Shown: one piece after another, positions 46,993 to 56,211 of the stretch
How the letters are laid out: each line of letters opens with the position of its first letter
Position numbering within the stretch: position 1 is the stretch's first letter
Assembly: GCA_035450225.1 (NCBI GenBank)
Contig: DAOTMJ010000004.1
Location: 12,494 to 76,493, forward strand
Direction of reading: 5' to 3'
DNA: 64,000 nucleotides
From: Candidatus Hydrogenedentota bacterium
Lineage (GTDB): Bacteria > Hydrogenedentota > Hydrogenedentia > Hydrogenedentales > SLHB01
The notes under the pieces: model-generated
What the model was told of the DNA's origin: nothing
What the model saw: the letters and a program-made list of their open reading frames with translations, nothing else
The model's database searches: none
Made by a program: the position numbers and the translations under genes

Positions 46993-48015
46993 ATGCATCG
47001 CGTGAATCGTGAAATATTCAGGCCGTTTTTTCCCATGTTGGCGGCGCTTCTGTTGCCCGTGTGGGCGATGGCCCAGGTTCCGGCGCCGTCCGATGCCGAT
47101 CTGACGGAACAAACGTTCAGGAGCGGCCTGGGCGGCGGTTCATCAGTCATGCTCGTGAACAACGGCGAATTCAAGAAGTTCCGTCCCGGCATGAAATTCG
47201 AGGCCCGGCAGGAAGGCGCGCCCGTTCTGATGACGCCCCGCGAAGCCGGGGATTATGCCGCCTTTCTCGGCAAGCGCCTCGGAACGGATTTCTTCTGGAA
47301 ACAGGCCCCGCGCAAAGAAACGGGCTATCTTATCGTGGCGGCGCCGAACCTGAATCTGGAATCGCTTCCGTCCGTGGAATGGCCGCCGAAGGCCCCGGAA
47401 GGAATGATCTATATACCCGAACGGCCCTTCATCATGGGCAGCGACAAGGGCGACGCCGACGAAAAGCCGCAGCGCACGGCTACCACCGGTCCTTTTTTCA
47501 TGGATAAATACGAGGTTTCCAACGCCGAATTTAAGGCCGTTTTCCCCGAATTTGAATTTCCCCAAGGACAGGAGAATGTCCCCGCAGTCGTCAACTGGCG
47601 GCAAGCCGCCGACTATGCGGCAAAGGTTGGAAAACGCCTGCCCACCGAGGCCGAATGGGAAAAGGCCGCGCGCGGATGGGACGGGCGCACATTCCCGTGG
47701 GGCGAAGTATTCGATCCGAGCCTCGTATGCGCCGGCGACACGACGCCGCGCGGCGGATCCATCGCCGCCGCGGCAAGCCCTTACGGGTGTATGGACATGG
47801 CCGGCGGCGTGTGGGAGTGGACCGCCGACTGGTACCAGCCCTATCCGGAAAACGACTCGCCCTCCGAGGATTACGGCGAAACCTTCAAGGTCTTGCGGGG
47901 CGGTTCGACCGGCGCGGACGCCGCCGCGCTACGCACCAGTTTCCGTTATTACCTGCCGCCCGACACCACCGGCGGCCTTCGCGTGGGTTTCCGCTGCGCC
48001 AAGGATATCGAGTAA
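46993..48015 (+). CDS. Formylglycine-generating-enzyme (SUMF1/FGE-sulfatase) domain protein
   Basis: MIYIPERPFIMGSD...DEKPQRT...FFMDKYEVSNAEF...VNW.QA..YA...GKRLPTEAEWEKAARG...VLRGGS. It has a signal peptide and AGGAGA upstream. Confidence 0.8.
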   Translation: MHRVNREIFRPFFPMLAALLLPVWAMAQVPAPSDADLTEQTFRSGLGGGSSVMLVNNGEFKKFRPGMKFEARQEGAPVLMTPREAGDYAAFLGKRLGTDFFWKQAPRKETGYLIVAAPNLNLESLPSVEWPPKAPEGMIYIPERPFIMGSDKGDADEKPQRTATTGPFFMDKYEVSNAEFKAVFPEFEFPQGQENVPAVVNWRQAADYAAKVGKRLPTEAEWEKAARGWDGRTFPWGEVFDPSLVCAGDTTPRGGSIAAAASPYGCMDMAGGVWEWTADWYQPYPENDSPSEDYGETFKVLRGGSTGADAAALRTSFRYYLPPDTTGGLRVGFRCAKDIE

Positions 48016-48136
48016 GGTATCCGCGGCCGAAGGCAAAAAAAGGACCAACACAGCAAATTTCGTCCGTTTCGCATGCAATCCGACACCGGCGGCGCATGAA
48101 GAAGGTCGAATGTGACAGATCCGGTTTCAGCCGTAG

Positions 48137-49117
48137 ATGATTGGGAAGGCGGCTAGGGAGATGGCGATGCGCTGGAAATGGCCCTTGATTGTGCTGGGTT
48201 TGATGGCGGGGCTTGCGGCCCTGCCATGGGCCATCCTGATTTGCGCGATTCCGTTCAATTACCGCACGCCTTCAGAACAGGACCTCCGCAAAAGCCGACT
48301 GATGGCCGAAGCGCCGCCGCCGCTGTCCAAACCGGTGACCCTGAAAGTGGCGACTTTCAACATTCACGACATGTTATTGATATCCTTCAACCGCCCGGAA
48401 CGCATGGCGGCCATCGGCGCCCTCCTCACGGAACTCGATCCTGATATTGTGGGCCTTCAGGAGGCATGGGTCGAGGCGGACCGCGAGACGTTATGGCGGG
48501 CGGTGCAGGGATCGCGCCTCAAATACCGTGAATATTATCCTAGCGGCTTCGTCGGCAGCGGCAAGTACATCCTCAGCGCGTATCCCATCAAAGAGGCGTT
48601 TTTCCACCGGTACACGCTGGGAGGCAAATGGTACAAGCCCTACCACGGCGACTGGTGGGGCGGGAAAGGCGTGGCGCTCGCGCGCATCGAATTGCCGGAC
48701 AACGCGGGGTATGTTGATTTTTACGACACGCATGCGCACGCCGGATACGGTTCGCCCGAATACGACGGCGTTCGCGCGGTCCAACTGCTCGAACTGGCCG
48801 ATTTTGTCAATCGCTCGGCGGCGGGCGCGTCTCCCGCGTTCATCGTCGGCGACATGAATTCGCGCGTTGACCGCCCGATGTTGCGGGACGCCATGGATCG
48901 CGGGCGATTCGTGCGCATGATGAAACTCGATTCGCATATTGACCACATCTTCGCCGTGCGCAATCCCCGATACATTTTCGAAGTGCTCGACACGCAGATC
49001 ATGGACAAGGAAATTGACCTTGCCGGCGGCGGCCGCACCCACCTCAGCGATCATCCCGGCTACATCTCTACCATTCAAATTACACCCGTGCCCCATCCGC
49101 CCTCCGCCGTTCCGTAA
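48137..49117 (+). CDS. Endonuclease/exonuclease/phosphatase (EEP) family protein, neutral-sphingomyelinase-like, membrane-anchored
   Basis: LKVATFNIHD...DIVGLQEAW...GKG...DTHAHA...GDMNS...SDHPGY. It has an N-terminal TM helix. The likely real start is M11 (48167), which is preceded by AGGGAG. Confidence 0.7.
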   Translation: MIGKAAREMAMRWKWPLIVLGLMAGLAALPWAILICAIPFNYRTPSEQDLRKSRLMAEAPPPLSKPVTLKVATFNIHDMLLISFNRPERMAAIGALLTELDPDIVGLQEAWVEADRETLWRAVQGSRLKYREYYPSGFVGSGKYILSAYPIKEAFFHRYTLGGKWYKPYHGDWWGGKGVALARIELPDNAGYVDFYDTHAHAGYGSPEYDGVRAVQLLELADFVNRSAAGASPAFIVGDMNSRVDRPMLRDAMDRGRFVRMMKLDSHIDHIFAVRNPRYIFEVLDTQIMDKEIDLAGGGRTHLSDHPGYISTIQITPVPHPPSAVP

Positions 49118-49143
49118 AACGCGGGGAACCAGGCATTCGGTTT

Positions 49144-50286
49144 GTGCGGGAAAGCGATGTCCCGGTATGCTTCCCGTGTCGTGGAGATTTCGCGGTGCAC
49201 ACAAGAAAAAACCATGCAGGCCGGCCGATTGTGCGCGCGTTGCGGGCGTGGTTTCGCGCCAACGCCCGCGATCTGCCGTGGCGGCGAAACCGCACCCCAT
49301 ACACGGCCTGGATCGCCGAAATCCTGCTTCAGCAAACGCGCGTCGAACAGGGCACGCCCTATTTCGAACGGTTTATCGCGGCGTTTCCGACTGTCCAGGA
49401 TCTGGCCGCCGCTACGGAAGACGAGGTGCTCAAGTGCTGGGAAGGGCTTGGATATTACTCGCGCGCGCGCAATCTGCACCGCGCCGCGCGGATGATCGTG
49501 AAGGAATACGGCGGACATTTCCCGCGCACGGCGTCCGAGTGGATGCGGTTACCGGGAATCGGTCGCTACACGGCGGGCGCCATTGCGAGCATGGCCTTTG
49601 GGGAACGGACGCCCGTATTGGACGGGAACGTCATCCGCGTGCTCGCGCGCGTGTTCGACGTTTCGGGGTGCGTGGACGCGGCCAAGACCCGCAACGATTT
49701 GTGGGATCTTGCCGAATCGCTCGTGCCCGAAAAAGATCCCGGCGCGTTCAACGAGGCGATCATGGAACTGGGAGCGCGGGTGTGCCTGCCGAGGCGGCCG
49801 CGTTGCGGGGAGTGCCCGTTGCGCAGGGTCTGCCGCGCGCATGCCGAAGGACGGCCGGAGTCGCGGCCGGTACGCCGTCCGGCCCAAGCGGCGCCCCATC
49901 GCGACGCGGTGGCCGCCGTGATTCGGCGAAACGGTAAAATCCTGATAGCCCGGCGTCCGCCGAAGGGCCTGCTCGGCGGCCTGTGGGAATTTCCCGGCGG
50001 AGACGTGCAGGACGGCGAATCGCATGCGGATGCGCTGGGCCGACTGCTTTCAGCGCAGTTCGGGATTTCGCTGTCGGTCGGACGGGCCGTCATGAGCACG
50101 GATCATGCGTACTCGCATTTTCGCGTCACGCTGTACAGTTACGGCTGCCGAATCCTCCGGGGCGAACCGGCGCCCGTTTTCCACACCGAGTTTCGATGGG
50201 TCGAACCGGGGCAATTACAAACATTCGCGTTCCCCAAGGTACAGCATCCGCTGGCCAGGTTGGTGGCCGCGCGAAAGAGGGACTAA
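49144..50286 (+). CDS. mutY: A/G-specific adenine DNA glycosylase
   Basis: LPWRR.RTPY..W..EI.LQQTRV......YF..F...FP....LA.A....VL..W.GLGYYSRARNLH, the Fe-S cluster motif C.P..P.C..CP....C, and a C-terminal NUDIX-like domain. The start is uncertain. Confidence 0.85.
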   Translation: MRESDVPVCFPCRGDFAVHTRKNHAGRPIVRALRAWFRANARDLPWRRNRTPYTAWIAEILLQQTRVEQGTPYFERFIAAFPTVQDLAAATEDEVLKCWEGLGYYSRARNLHRAARMIVKEYGGHFPRTASEWMRLPGIGRYTAGAIASMAFGERTPVLDGNVIRVLARVFDVSGCVDAAKTRNDLWDLAESLVPEKDPGAFNEAIMELGARVCLPRRPRCGECPLRRVCRAHAEGRPESRPVRRPAQAAPHRDAVAAVIRRNGKILIARRPPKGLLGGLWEFPGGDVQDGESHADALGRLLSAQFGISLSVGRAVMSTDHAYSHFRVTLYSYGCRILRGEPAPVFHTEFRWVEPGQLQTFAFPKVQHPLARLVAARKRD

Positions 50287-51900
50287 ATGGCCGCCGGCCT
50301 TGATCGTGTTTTTGTTCCTATTGTCCTCGCCACTTTTGTCTTGTCCGTTTTTTCCTACTCATTTCAAATGACCTCGTTCCTGCATGCCAAACTGGCCGTG
50401 TTGTGCGCGGGCGCCGTCGCGATGGCCGTGGTTTCCCTTTTCGGCAGGGGCATGGGATGGCGCGGTTTCGGGGCGCTTGCGCCGCTGTGGGCGCTGGTTG
50501 CCTTATGGCTGGCCCGCTTGATCGCGTCGCCGGTGCGCGTTCCCTCCGACGCGGTTGTGATTCTGATCCATGCTGCGTTGTTGTTGACCGTGGCCGGCTT
50601 TTCGGCGGAACATGTCCAGATGGCGCGCCGGCTCGACCTTGTGGCCAAAACGGCGGCGTTGTCGGGCGCCGCCGTCGCGCTTCTTGGAATCCTTCAATTT
50701 TCGGGCCTGTTGCCGGTTTTGTTTCCCCCGTTTCCGGAATACGGCCAGCGGATGTATGGCGTGTTCGGCAACCAGAACCTTACCGGCGGCTTTATTGCCG
50801 CGACGCTTCCCCTTCTGTTTCGACAGGCAACCGTCGCCGCGCCCGGATGGTTTCGCCGCGCGTGGTTTGCCGCGCTGCTCGTCGCCTTGGCCGGTGTTTT
50901 GCTGTCCGAGTCCCGATCGGCATGGCTTGCGGGAATTGTCGGCGTGATCGCGGCATGGGCCGCGCAGGAATCGGGGCCGTCCCGGATGAAATGGATTGCC
51001 GCCGGCATGGCGGCGTTCGTGTTCATGATCGCCGCCGCATTTCCGCAATCCACATTTCGCCGTATTCCGCAAACGGCGGGCGTCCAGTCGAGGCTGGCCA
51101 TGTGGCAAGCGGCCATCGGGATGGCGCGCGATCATCCCTTGATCGGTGTCGGTCCGGGCCAGTACGCCTACTGGAGCCCGTCGTACATCGGACGCCAGGG
51201 TACGCAAACGATCATGCCCAAGGACGCCATCGAGCGGCACGCCGATCAGCCGCATTCGGAACCGTTGCGCCTTCTAGCGGAAACGGGCGTGCCGGGCCTT
51301 CTGTGCTGCGCCTGGATGGCCGCCGTGTGGTTCCGGCGGGCACGCGGTCCCGCGGCGTGGATCGCGGCGGGCCCTTTGGCGGCCCTGTTGACGTTTTCCC
51401 TGTTCAACGGAATTCTTGAAAGCGTTCCCCACAGTTTGACGCTTCTGATCTTTTTGGCTGTCCCCCTTTTGGATAAATCGCCGAGTACGCGCGGATCGCG
51501 AATTGCCGCGATACCTGTCGCGGCGGCGGCCCTGTTTTTGACATGGGCCGTCGTCGTGCCCAGCGTGATGATTCGGAAGGCCCAGGATGTCCAACTCGAC
51601 AACAGTGAAGCATCGCTGGAATATTACGCGCGCGCGGTCGCATGGCCATGGCCGAATGCCGCGGCGCACCGCGCCCATGCGATTGCGCTCGCCGAATCGG
51701 GACGGGACATGGAAGCCCGGCGCGAGTTCCAGCGGGCGCTTGAAGGATTGGACACGGGGGACATCCACCTAGGGCTGGCGCTGGTTGCATACCGGCTCGG
51801 CGACAGCAATGCCGCCCGCCGCCATGCGGAGGACTGTCTGCGGCGATGGCCGGCGTGCGCCGATGCGGCGCGACTTGCCGGCGCGGACCTTACTCGTTGA
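50287..51900 (+). CDS. O-antigen-ligase-like (Wzy_C) membrane protein with C-terminal TPR repeats (second copy of this architecture)
   Basis: Polytopic. It has the Wzy_C signature LLSESRSAWLAGIVGV and the loop motif HADQPHSEPLRLLAETG. The C-terminus has about 3 TPR-like repeats. Confidence 0.75.
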   Translation: MAAGLDRVFVPIVLATFVLSVFSYSFQMTSFLHAKLAVLCAGAVAMAVVSLFGRGMGWRGFGALAPLWALVALWLARLIASPVRVPSDAVVILIHAALLLTVAGFSAEHVQMARRLDLVAKTAALSGAAVALLGILQFSGLLPVLFPPFPEYGQRMYGVFGNQNLTGGFIAATLPLLFRQATVAAPGWFRRAWFAALLVALAGVLLSESRSAWLAGIVGVIAAWAAQESGPSRMKWIAAGMAAFVFMIAAAFPQSTFRRIPQTAGVQSRLAMWQAAIGMARDHPLIGVGPGQYAYWSPSYIGRQGTQTIMPKDAIERHADQPHSEPLRLLAETGVPGLLCCAWMAAVWFRRARGPAAWIAAGPLAALLTFSLFNGILESVPHSLTLLIFLAVPLLDKSPSTRGSRIAAIPVAAAALFLTWAVVVPSVMIRKAQDVQLDNSEASLEYYARAVAWPWPNAAAHRAHAIALAESGRDMEARREFQRALEGLDTGDIHLGLALVAYRLGDSNAARRHAEDCLRRWPACADAARLAGADLTR

Positions 51901-53446
51901 ATTCGGGCCGCAGAATGCCCCGGACAACCAGATCGATACGCGCGCCATGCTTGCCGTCCAACGATAATTGGTAGGGCCGGCCGGGCACAATCTCGCAAAC
52001 GAAATCGAAGGGATCCGAATCCGCGTGGCCGTAATAGCGCGTGCGGTTTTCATCCTTCAACTCGATGGTCAAATTGTCCTGCGGCTTGGCGCCGGTGATT
52101 TCAAACCCCGTTACCGATCCCTTCGCGTCCAGCCACGACGATCCGGTTGAATGGAACGTGATCGTGAATTGCTTCGGCAACGAAACGGCCGGGATCGCCG
52201 TGCGGCCCGGTTCGTCGTTCCGCCCAAGAACCATGTCGTGCACGCGGGCATACCGCGCCATGGCCGGGTATTCGACGACGATGGAAAATCCTTCCATGGC
52301 GGCCAACACGACCAGCAGCACGCTGATCAGCATGGCGGCATGAATGCCCCATGCGGCAAGAGCCGGCCGTATTTCCAGATGGAATGTCATGACGACCGCC
52401 CCCGCCGATATTACCAGCATGGCCAGAAAAAGATACCCCAGCCATTCCGGCGGCGCCCAGGACGCCACATACCCCAGCGAGGCCAACGCCCCGCCGAGAA
52501 TGACGACCGTCCGCACCGGAACTTCCGCGCGGGGCACGAGCGTGGCAGCCAGCCACAGGCTGCCCGGCCATGCAAGCAACAACACGATACCCATGATGAG
52601 ATGGGAGGCGGCCAAGCGCCGCGCAAACAGCTCGTGTACTGTTGTATATACGGTTGTGGCGCTTTCTATGGCGCGCAACTCGGACAAATGGGCCGCCGTC
52701 AAATAGATGCCCGCAAGCAGCAGCAGGCCGCCGGCCGTCGCGACGGGAATATGCCACGCCTCGTTCGTGGTCCTTTGGCGCACGGGTCTGAAACGCGGCG
52801 TGCTGTCCGGCGACGGTGTGGGAACAAAGGGGTCGTACACGGCGCTCGCGATATTTCCCGAAGACGACAAAACCGGCGTAAACGGATCTATCGTCTTGTC
52901 CATGTCGCTGAATTCGGTGCGGCATTTCCAGCATCGCTCGAAGCCTTCCGTATTTTGCGCGCCGCAAGAAGGGCAGGTCCGGCTCATGGCTTGGGCGGCG
53001 CCCGCGATTCCGGGTTGCCGAGGCTTGTCCTGCTTCTTTTCGGGGGGCGCGGGCGCCATGCGCGGCGTGTCGGAGTCGCGCAGGGACATGCGGCTTGGAT
53101 CGCGCCGGGCAAGTTCCTGCCATACGTGATCCGCCTCGGCTTGGCGGCCCGCCACTTCGAGAACCCGCGCGAGTTGTTCGCGCAGAGGCAACTCGTCCGG
53201 CCATTCCTCAACGGCCGACTCCAGTTCCGCCACGGCCTCGTCGTATTTCTTGAGGCGATAATACGTCGCGCCAAGATAGCGCCGCACGTTGACTTTCGGC
53301 ACCCAATGCGCTTGCAGGAAGAGCAGGTGTTCCAATACGCGTTCGTATTCGCCGGCCATGTAGAGTTTCTTGGCCAGGCGCCAACGCGACTCATGATCGT
53401 CCGGATTCTCATTCACAAACCGGACCAAGTCTTTTATTTCGGTCAT
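51890..53446 (-). CDS. TPR / zinc-ribbon / multi-TM / C-terminal beta-rich domain protein, function unknown
   Basis: N-terminal TPR-like repeats, then CPSCGAQNTEGFERCWKCRTEF, a Pro-rich linker, about 5 TM helices, and a roughly 110-aa C-terminal domain. It overlaps the convergent Wzy_C gene by 11 nt. Confidence 0.6.
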   Translation of the reverse strand: MTEIKDLVRFVNENPDDHESRWRLAKKLYMAGEYERVLEHLLFLQAHWVPKVNVRRYLGATYYRLKKYDEAVAELESAVEEWPDELPLREQLARVLEVAGRQAEADHVWQELARRDPSRMSLRDSDTPRMAPAPPEKKQDKPRQPGIAGAAQAMSRTCPSCGAQNTEGFERCWKCRTEFSDMDKTIDPFTPVLSSSGNIASAVYDPFVPTPSPDSTPRFRPVRQRTTNEAWHIPVATAGGLLLLAGIYLTAAHLSELRAIESATTVYTTVHELFARRLAASHLIMGIVLLLAWPGSLWLAATLVPRAEVPVRTVVILGGALASLGYVASWAPPEWLGYLFLAMLVISAGAVVMTFHLEIRPALAAWGIHAAMLISVLLVVLAAMEGFSIVVEYPAMARYARVHDMVLGRNDEPGRTAIPAVSLPKQFTITFHSTGSSWLDAKGSVTGFEITGAKPQDNLTIELKDENRTRYYGHADSDPFDFVCEIVPGRPYQLSLDGKHGARIDLVVRGILRPEFNE

Positions 53447-53478
53447 TTCGGCTTATCGTGTTTCGGGAGACGCGGCGA

Positions 53479-53736
53479 TCATTTCCGTTTCCGCGCCTTT
53501 TTTCTTCGCTCGATGCGTTGCCTCTTCTCTCGCCACTGGAGCGCCGCGTTGACCGCCCACGAGATGAAACCCGCCAAAATGGCGGCCACCACGAAGCCCG
53601 TTCCTATGGGATAAAGCCGATTGGCCTTCGGATCGATTATTTGCCATGCCGCATACATGCAGGGTCCCGCGCACAACACGAACACCACCGTCCAGAACAA
53701 CCATCCCGCCGCATCGAAACGTGAATTCGACACCAT
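53479..53736 (-). CDS. Small membrane protein (2 TM helices, highly basic tail)
   Basis: 85 aa. It starts 3 nt after the kinase stop, has two hydrophobic helices, and ends in REKRQRIERRKKARKRK. Confidence 0.45.
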   Translation of the reverse strand: MVSNSRFDAAGWLFWTVVFVLCAGPCMYAAWQIIDPKANRLYPIGTGFVVAAILAGFISWAVNAALQWREKRQRIERRKKARKRK

Positions 53737-53739
53737 GCA

Positions 53740-55011
53740 CTATCCTTCTCTTTGCTTGTCGGCGCCCGGAATGACCATGCGAAACAGGGCCCCGCCTTCC
53801 GGGGCGCGTTCCACGAAAATATCGCCGCCATGTTCGCGCACCACTTTCCGCGTCACGGGCAGCCCCAGACCGGTTCCACCCGAACCTTTCGTCGAATAGA
53901 ACGGCTCAAAGATGAGGCGCTGTTGATCTTCCGGAACGCCAGGCCCGTTGTCGGCCACCTCGATAACGAGGTCCTTGCCGGACTCGCCCGGGGTCATCCG
54001 CGCCGAAATACGGATCACGCCGGTGTTCGGCGCCACCGCGTCCCCCGCGTTGGTCAACAAATTGAGCACGCAACTGAAGATGCCTTCCGGATCGATATAG
54101 GCCGTCGTTTTGCCGTCGGCCGGCGTCACGACGATTGACAGGTTCTTCTGCGCCTGCAGGCCAAGAAAGGTTTCCTTGGCTTCCGCGACGACGGTTTCGA
54201 TGTCGCAAAGGGTGTAGGCAGGCTTGCGCGGCTTGGAAAAGGCGAGCATGTCCTGCACGAAAATCGTTATGCGTTTGGCGCTGCGCCGGAAGATCGGCCA
54301 GCATCGTTCAAGCAACTCGAAATTCTTGTCGGCCAGTCCGCGATCCACCAGATCCACGCTGCCCGTCATGCCGGTAAGGATATTCTTGATGTAATGGGAA
54401 AGACCGGCCACGGCCTGGCCGATGGCGGCCATGCGTTCCGCGCGCAAATTGTGTTCGATCAGCCGCGCATTCGAGATGGCCGTCGCGGCCAGCGAGGAAA
54501 ACATTTCCATCACGCGAAGATCCGTGTCCGTGAACGCGCCGCCCCCGACCTTGTTGACGACTTCCACGACGCCTATCAGCGCGTCGCGATCCACAAGCGG
54601 CACCGCCAGCAGCGATCGCGTCTTGAACTGCGTGATGGCGTCCGCCGCCCCATAGAACCGGTGATCACGGGCCACATCGGGCACATTGATGCTTTGTCGC
54701 GCGGTGGCGGCGGCGCCGGCGATGCCTTGATCGAGTTTCAGCCGGACTTCCGTCTTGAGCGCCTGCTGATCGCCCGTCTCGCCTTGCGCCACCTGAAAAT
54801 ACAACTCGCCCGATTCGGGATCATAGAGCATCAGGGAACACGCCTCGGCGTTCGCGACGCCTTTGCTCTCCTCCATGATCCGTTCGAGCAGCGCGTTCAG
54901 ATCGGTGATCGCGGACAGGAGGCGGTGAACGCGATACAGCGCGTCAACGATCCGTTTCATGTCCGAAGGAGGGACATCGCGCAACCATGGTATGTCGCTG
55001 TCCATGAACAA
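53740..55011 (-). CDS. Cytoplasmic GAF-domain sensor histidine kinase
   Basis: A GAF-like N-terminal half, an H-box GLSHYIKNILTG, and HATPase motifs (LLTNAGDA, DNGPGV, GGTGLGL). It has no TM segment and no receiver domain. Confidence 0.8.
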   Translation of the reverse strand: MFMDSDIPWLRDVPPSDMKRIVDALYRVHRLLSAITDLNALLERIMEESKGVANAEACSLMLYDPESGELYFQVAQGETGDQQALKTEVRLKLDQGIAGAAATARQSINVPDVARDHRFYGAADAITQFKTRSLLAVPLVDRDALIGVVEVVNKVGGGAFTDTDLRVMEMFSSLAATAISNARLIEHNLRAERMAAIGQAVAGLSHYIKNILTGMTGSVDLVDRGLADKNFELLERCWPIFRRSAKRITIFVQDMLAFSKPRKPAYTLCDIETVVAEAKETFLGLQAQKNLSIVVTPADGKTTAYIDPEGIFSCVLNLLTNAGDAVAPNTGVIRISARMTPGESGKDLVIEVADNGPGVPEDQQRLIFEPFYSTKGSGGTGLGLPVTRKVVREHGGDIFVERAPEGGALFRMVIPGADKQREG

Positions 55012-55026
55012 CCTGGATAATCCCGC

Positions 55027-56046
55027 TTAGGGCCTGTCGAGAAATCTGTCTATTTCGGGCAAAGCATGATAGATCACGTCGCCCACGGCCTGCAAACTCT
55101 CCGGACAGATCCGCTCGAGGGTGTCCCGTTCCGTATGCCACGTTTCGGCGTGTTCCTTCGCCGTCGCGCCGTAGTTGAAATCTATTATATTCATGGCGGG
55201 CACGCCCGCGCGCCGGAACGGCACGTGATCGTCTTCTATCGCGTGGGCAAACGCGAGGAAGGATCGCCCGTGCCCGATGCGCCGCGCCGTGCCCCAGACC
55301 AATTGCGTCATCCAGTCCGGCGCATCGCGATCCTGCCGGATGCCGAGATCGCAATCGCCTATCATGTCCACGTTGATCATCGCCTTGATTTGCGGCAGTT
55401 CACCCGTGCCGCGCAACTCGTCCACAAACGCCCGGCTGCCGTACAGGCTGTTCGTCCTGCTCCACTCGCCGAAGGCTTCCTCGCCGTCGAAAAAGCACAG
55501 CCAGACCGTGCGTCCCTCGCGTTTTGCGCCGAGAACGCGGGCCATTTCAAGCATCCATGCCGTGGTGGAGCCACCGTCGTTCGCGCCCACAAACACGATA
55601 TCGGAAAAGTGCTTCGTGTCGTAATGGTTGCCAAGGACGATGACGCCGTCTTTCGTGCCCTCCACCACGCCCACGAGGTTCACCATCGCTTTTTTTCCTA
55701 TCGGGGTATTCGCCTCGAAAGCCTGTTCCCGGACGCGCACCCCGGCCTTCGCCAGTTCATCCCTGATAAATGCCCGTGTTTGCGCCAAGGTCTCCGAACC
55801 CGGCGGGCGCGGTCCGAACCCCACGATTTTTCGCGCGTCCGCATAGGCCCGCCTGCCGTCGAACGGGCTGGCCCGTTCCGGCGCCTTTGCGTCGGCCAAC
55901 GGCGCGGCCCGGTTGCTCCAGACTATCGCTGCGGCCACTAAGGCGGCGGCCAACAGAACCACCGCAACCGAAACGATTACCGCAATCCGTTGAACGGCGC
56001 GCTGGCTGTACCGTCCACGCCGTTTCTGCCCTGTTTTCTTTTCCAT
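55027..56046 (-). CDS. M28-family metallopeptidase (glutaminyl-cyclase-like), membrane-anchored or secreted
   Basis: HYDT...GANDGGS...FFDGEE...INVDMIGD...H...D, the M28 metal-ligand pattern. It has an N-terminal TM/signal anchor. Confidence 0.8.
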   Translation of the reverse strand: MEKKTGQKRRGRYSQRAVQRIAVIVSVAVVLLAAALVAAAIVWSNRAAPLADAKAPERASPFDGRRAYADARKIVGFGPRPPGSETLAQTRAFIRDELAKAGVRVREQAFEANTPIGKKAMVNLVGVVEGTKDGVIVLGNHYDTKHFSDIVFVGANDGGSTTAWMLEMARVLGAKREGRTVWLCFFDGEEAFGEWSRTNSLYGSRAFVDELRGTGELPQIKAMINVDMIGDCDLGIRQDRDAPDWMTQLVWGTARRIGHGRSFLAFAHAIEDDHVPFRRAGVPAMNIIDFNYGATAKEHAETWHTERDTLERICPESLQAVGDVIYHALPEIDRFLDRP

Positions 56047-56211
56047 GGCCTCATGGTACTAAGAGCGTGCAGGAAAAGTCACTTTTACCGCGGATGAAAT
56101 GGACATCGTGGACGAGGGGGACACAATACTTTTGTGGGTCCCTCGAGTGCGGCGCGTCCATGCGATCATCCGGGGTCTTCCCATTCCCGCGGTCGTATTT
56201 TTTTGGCGTTT

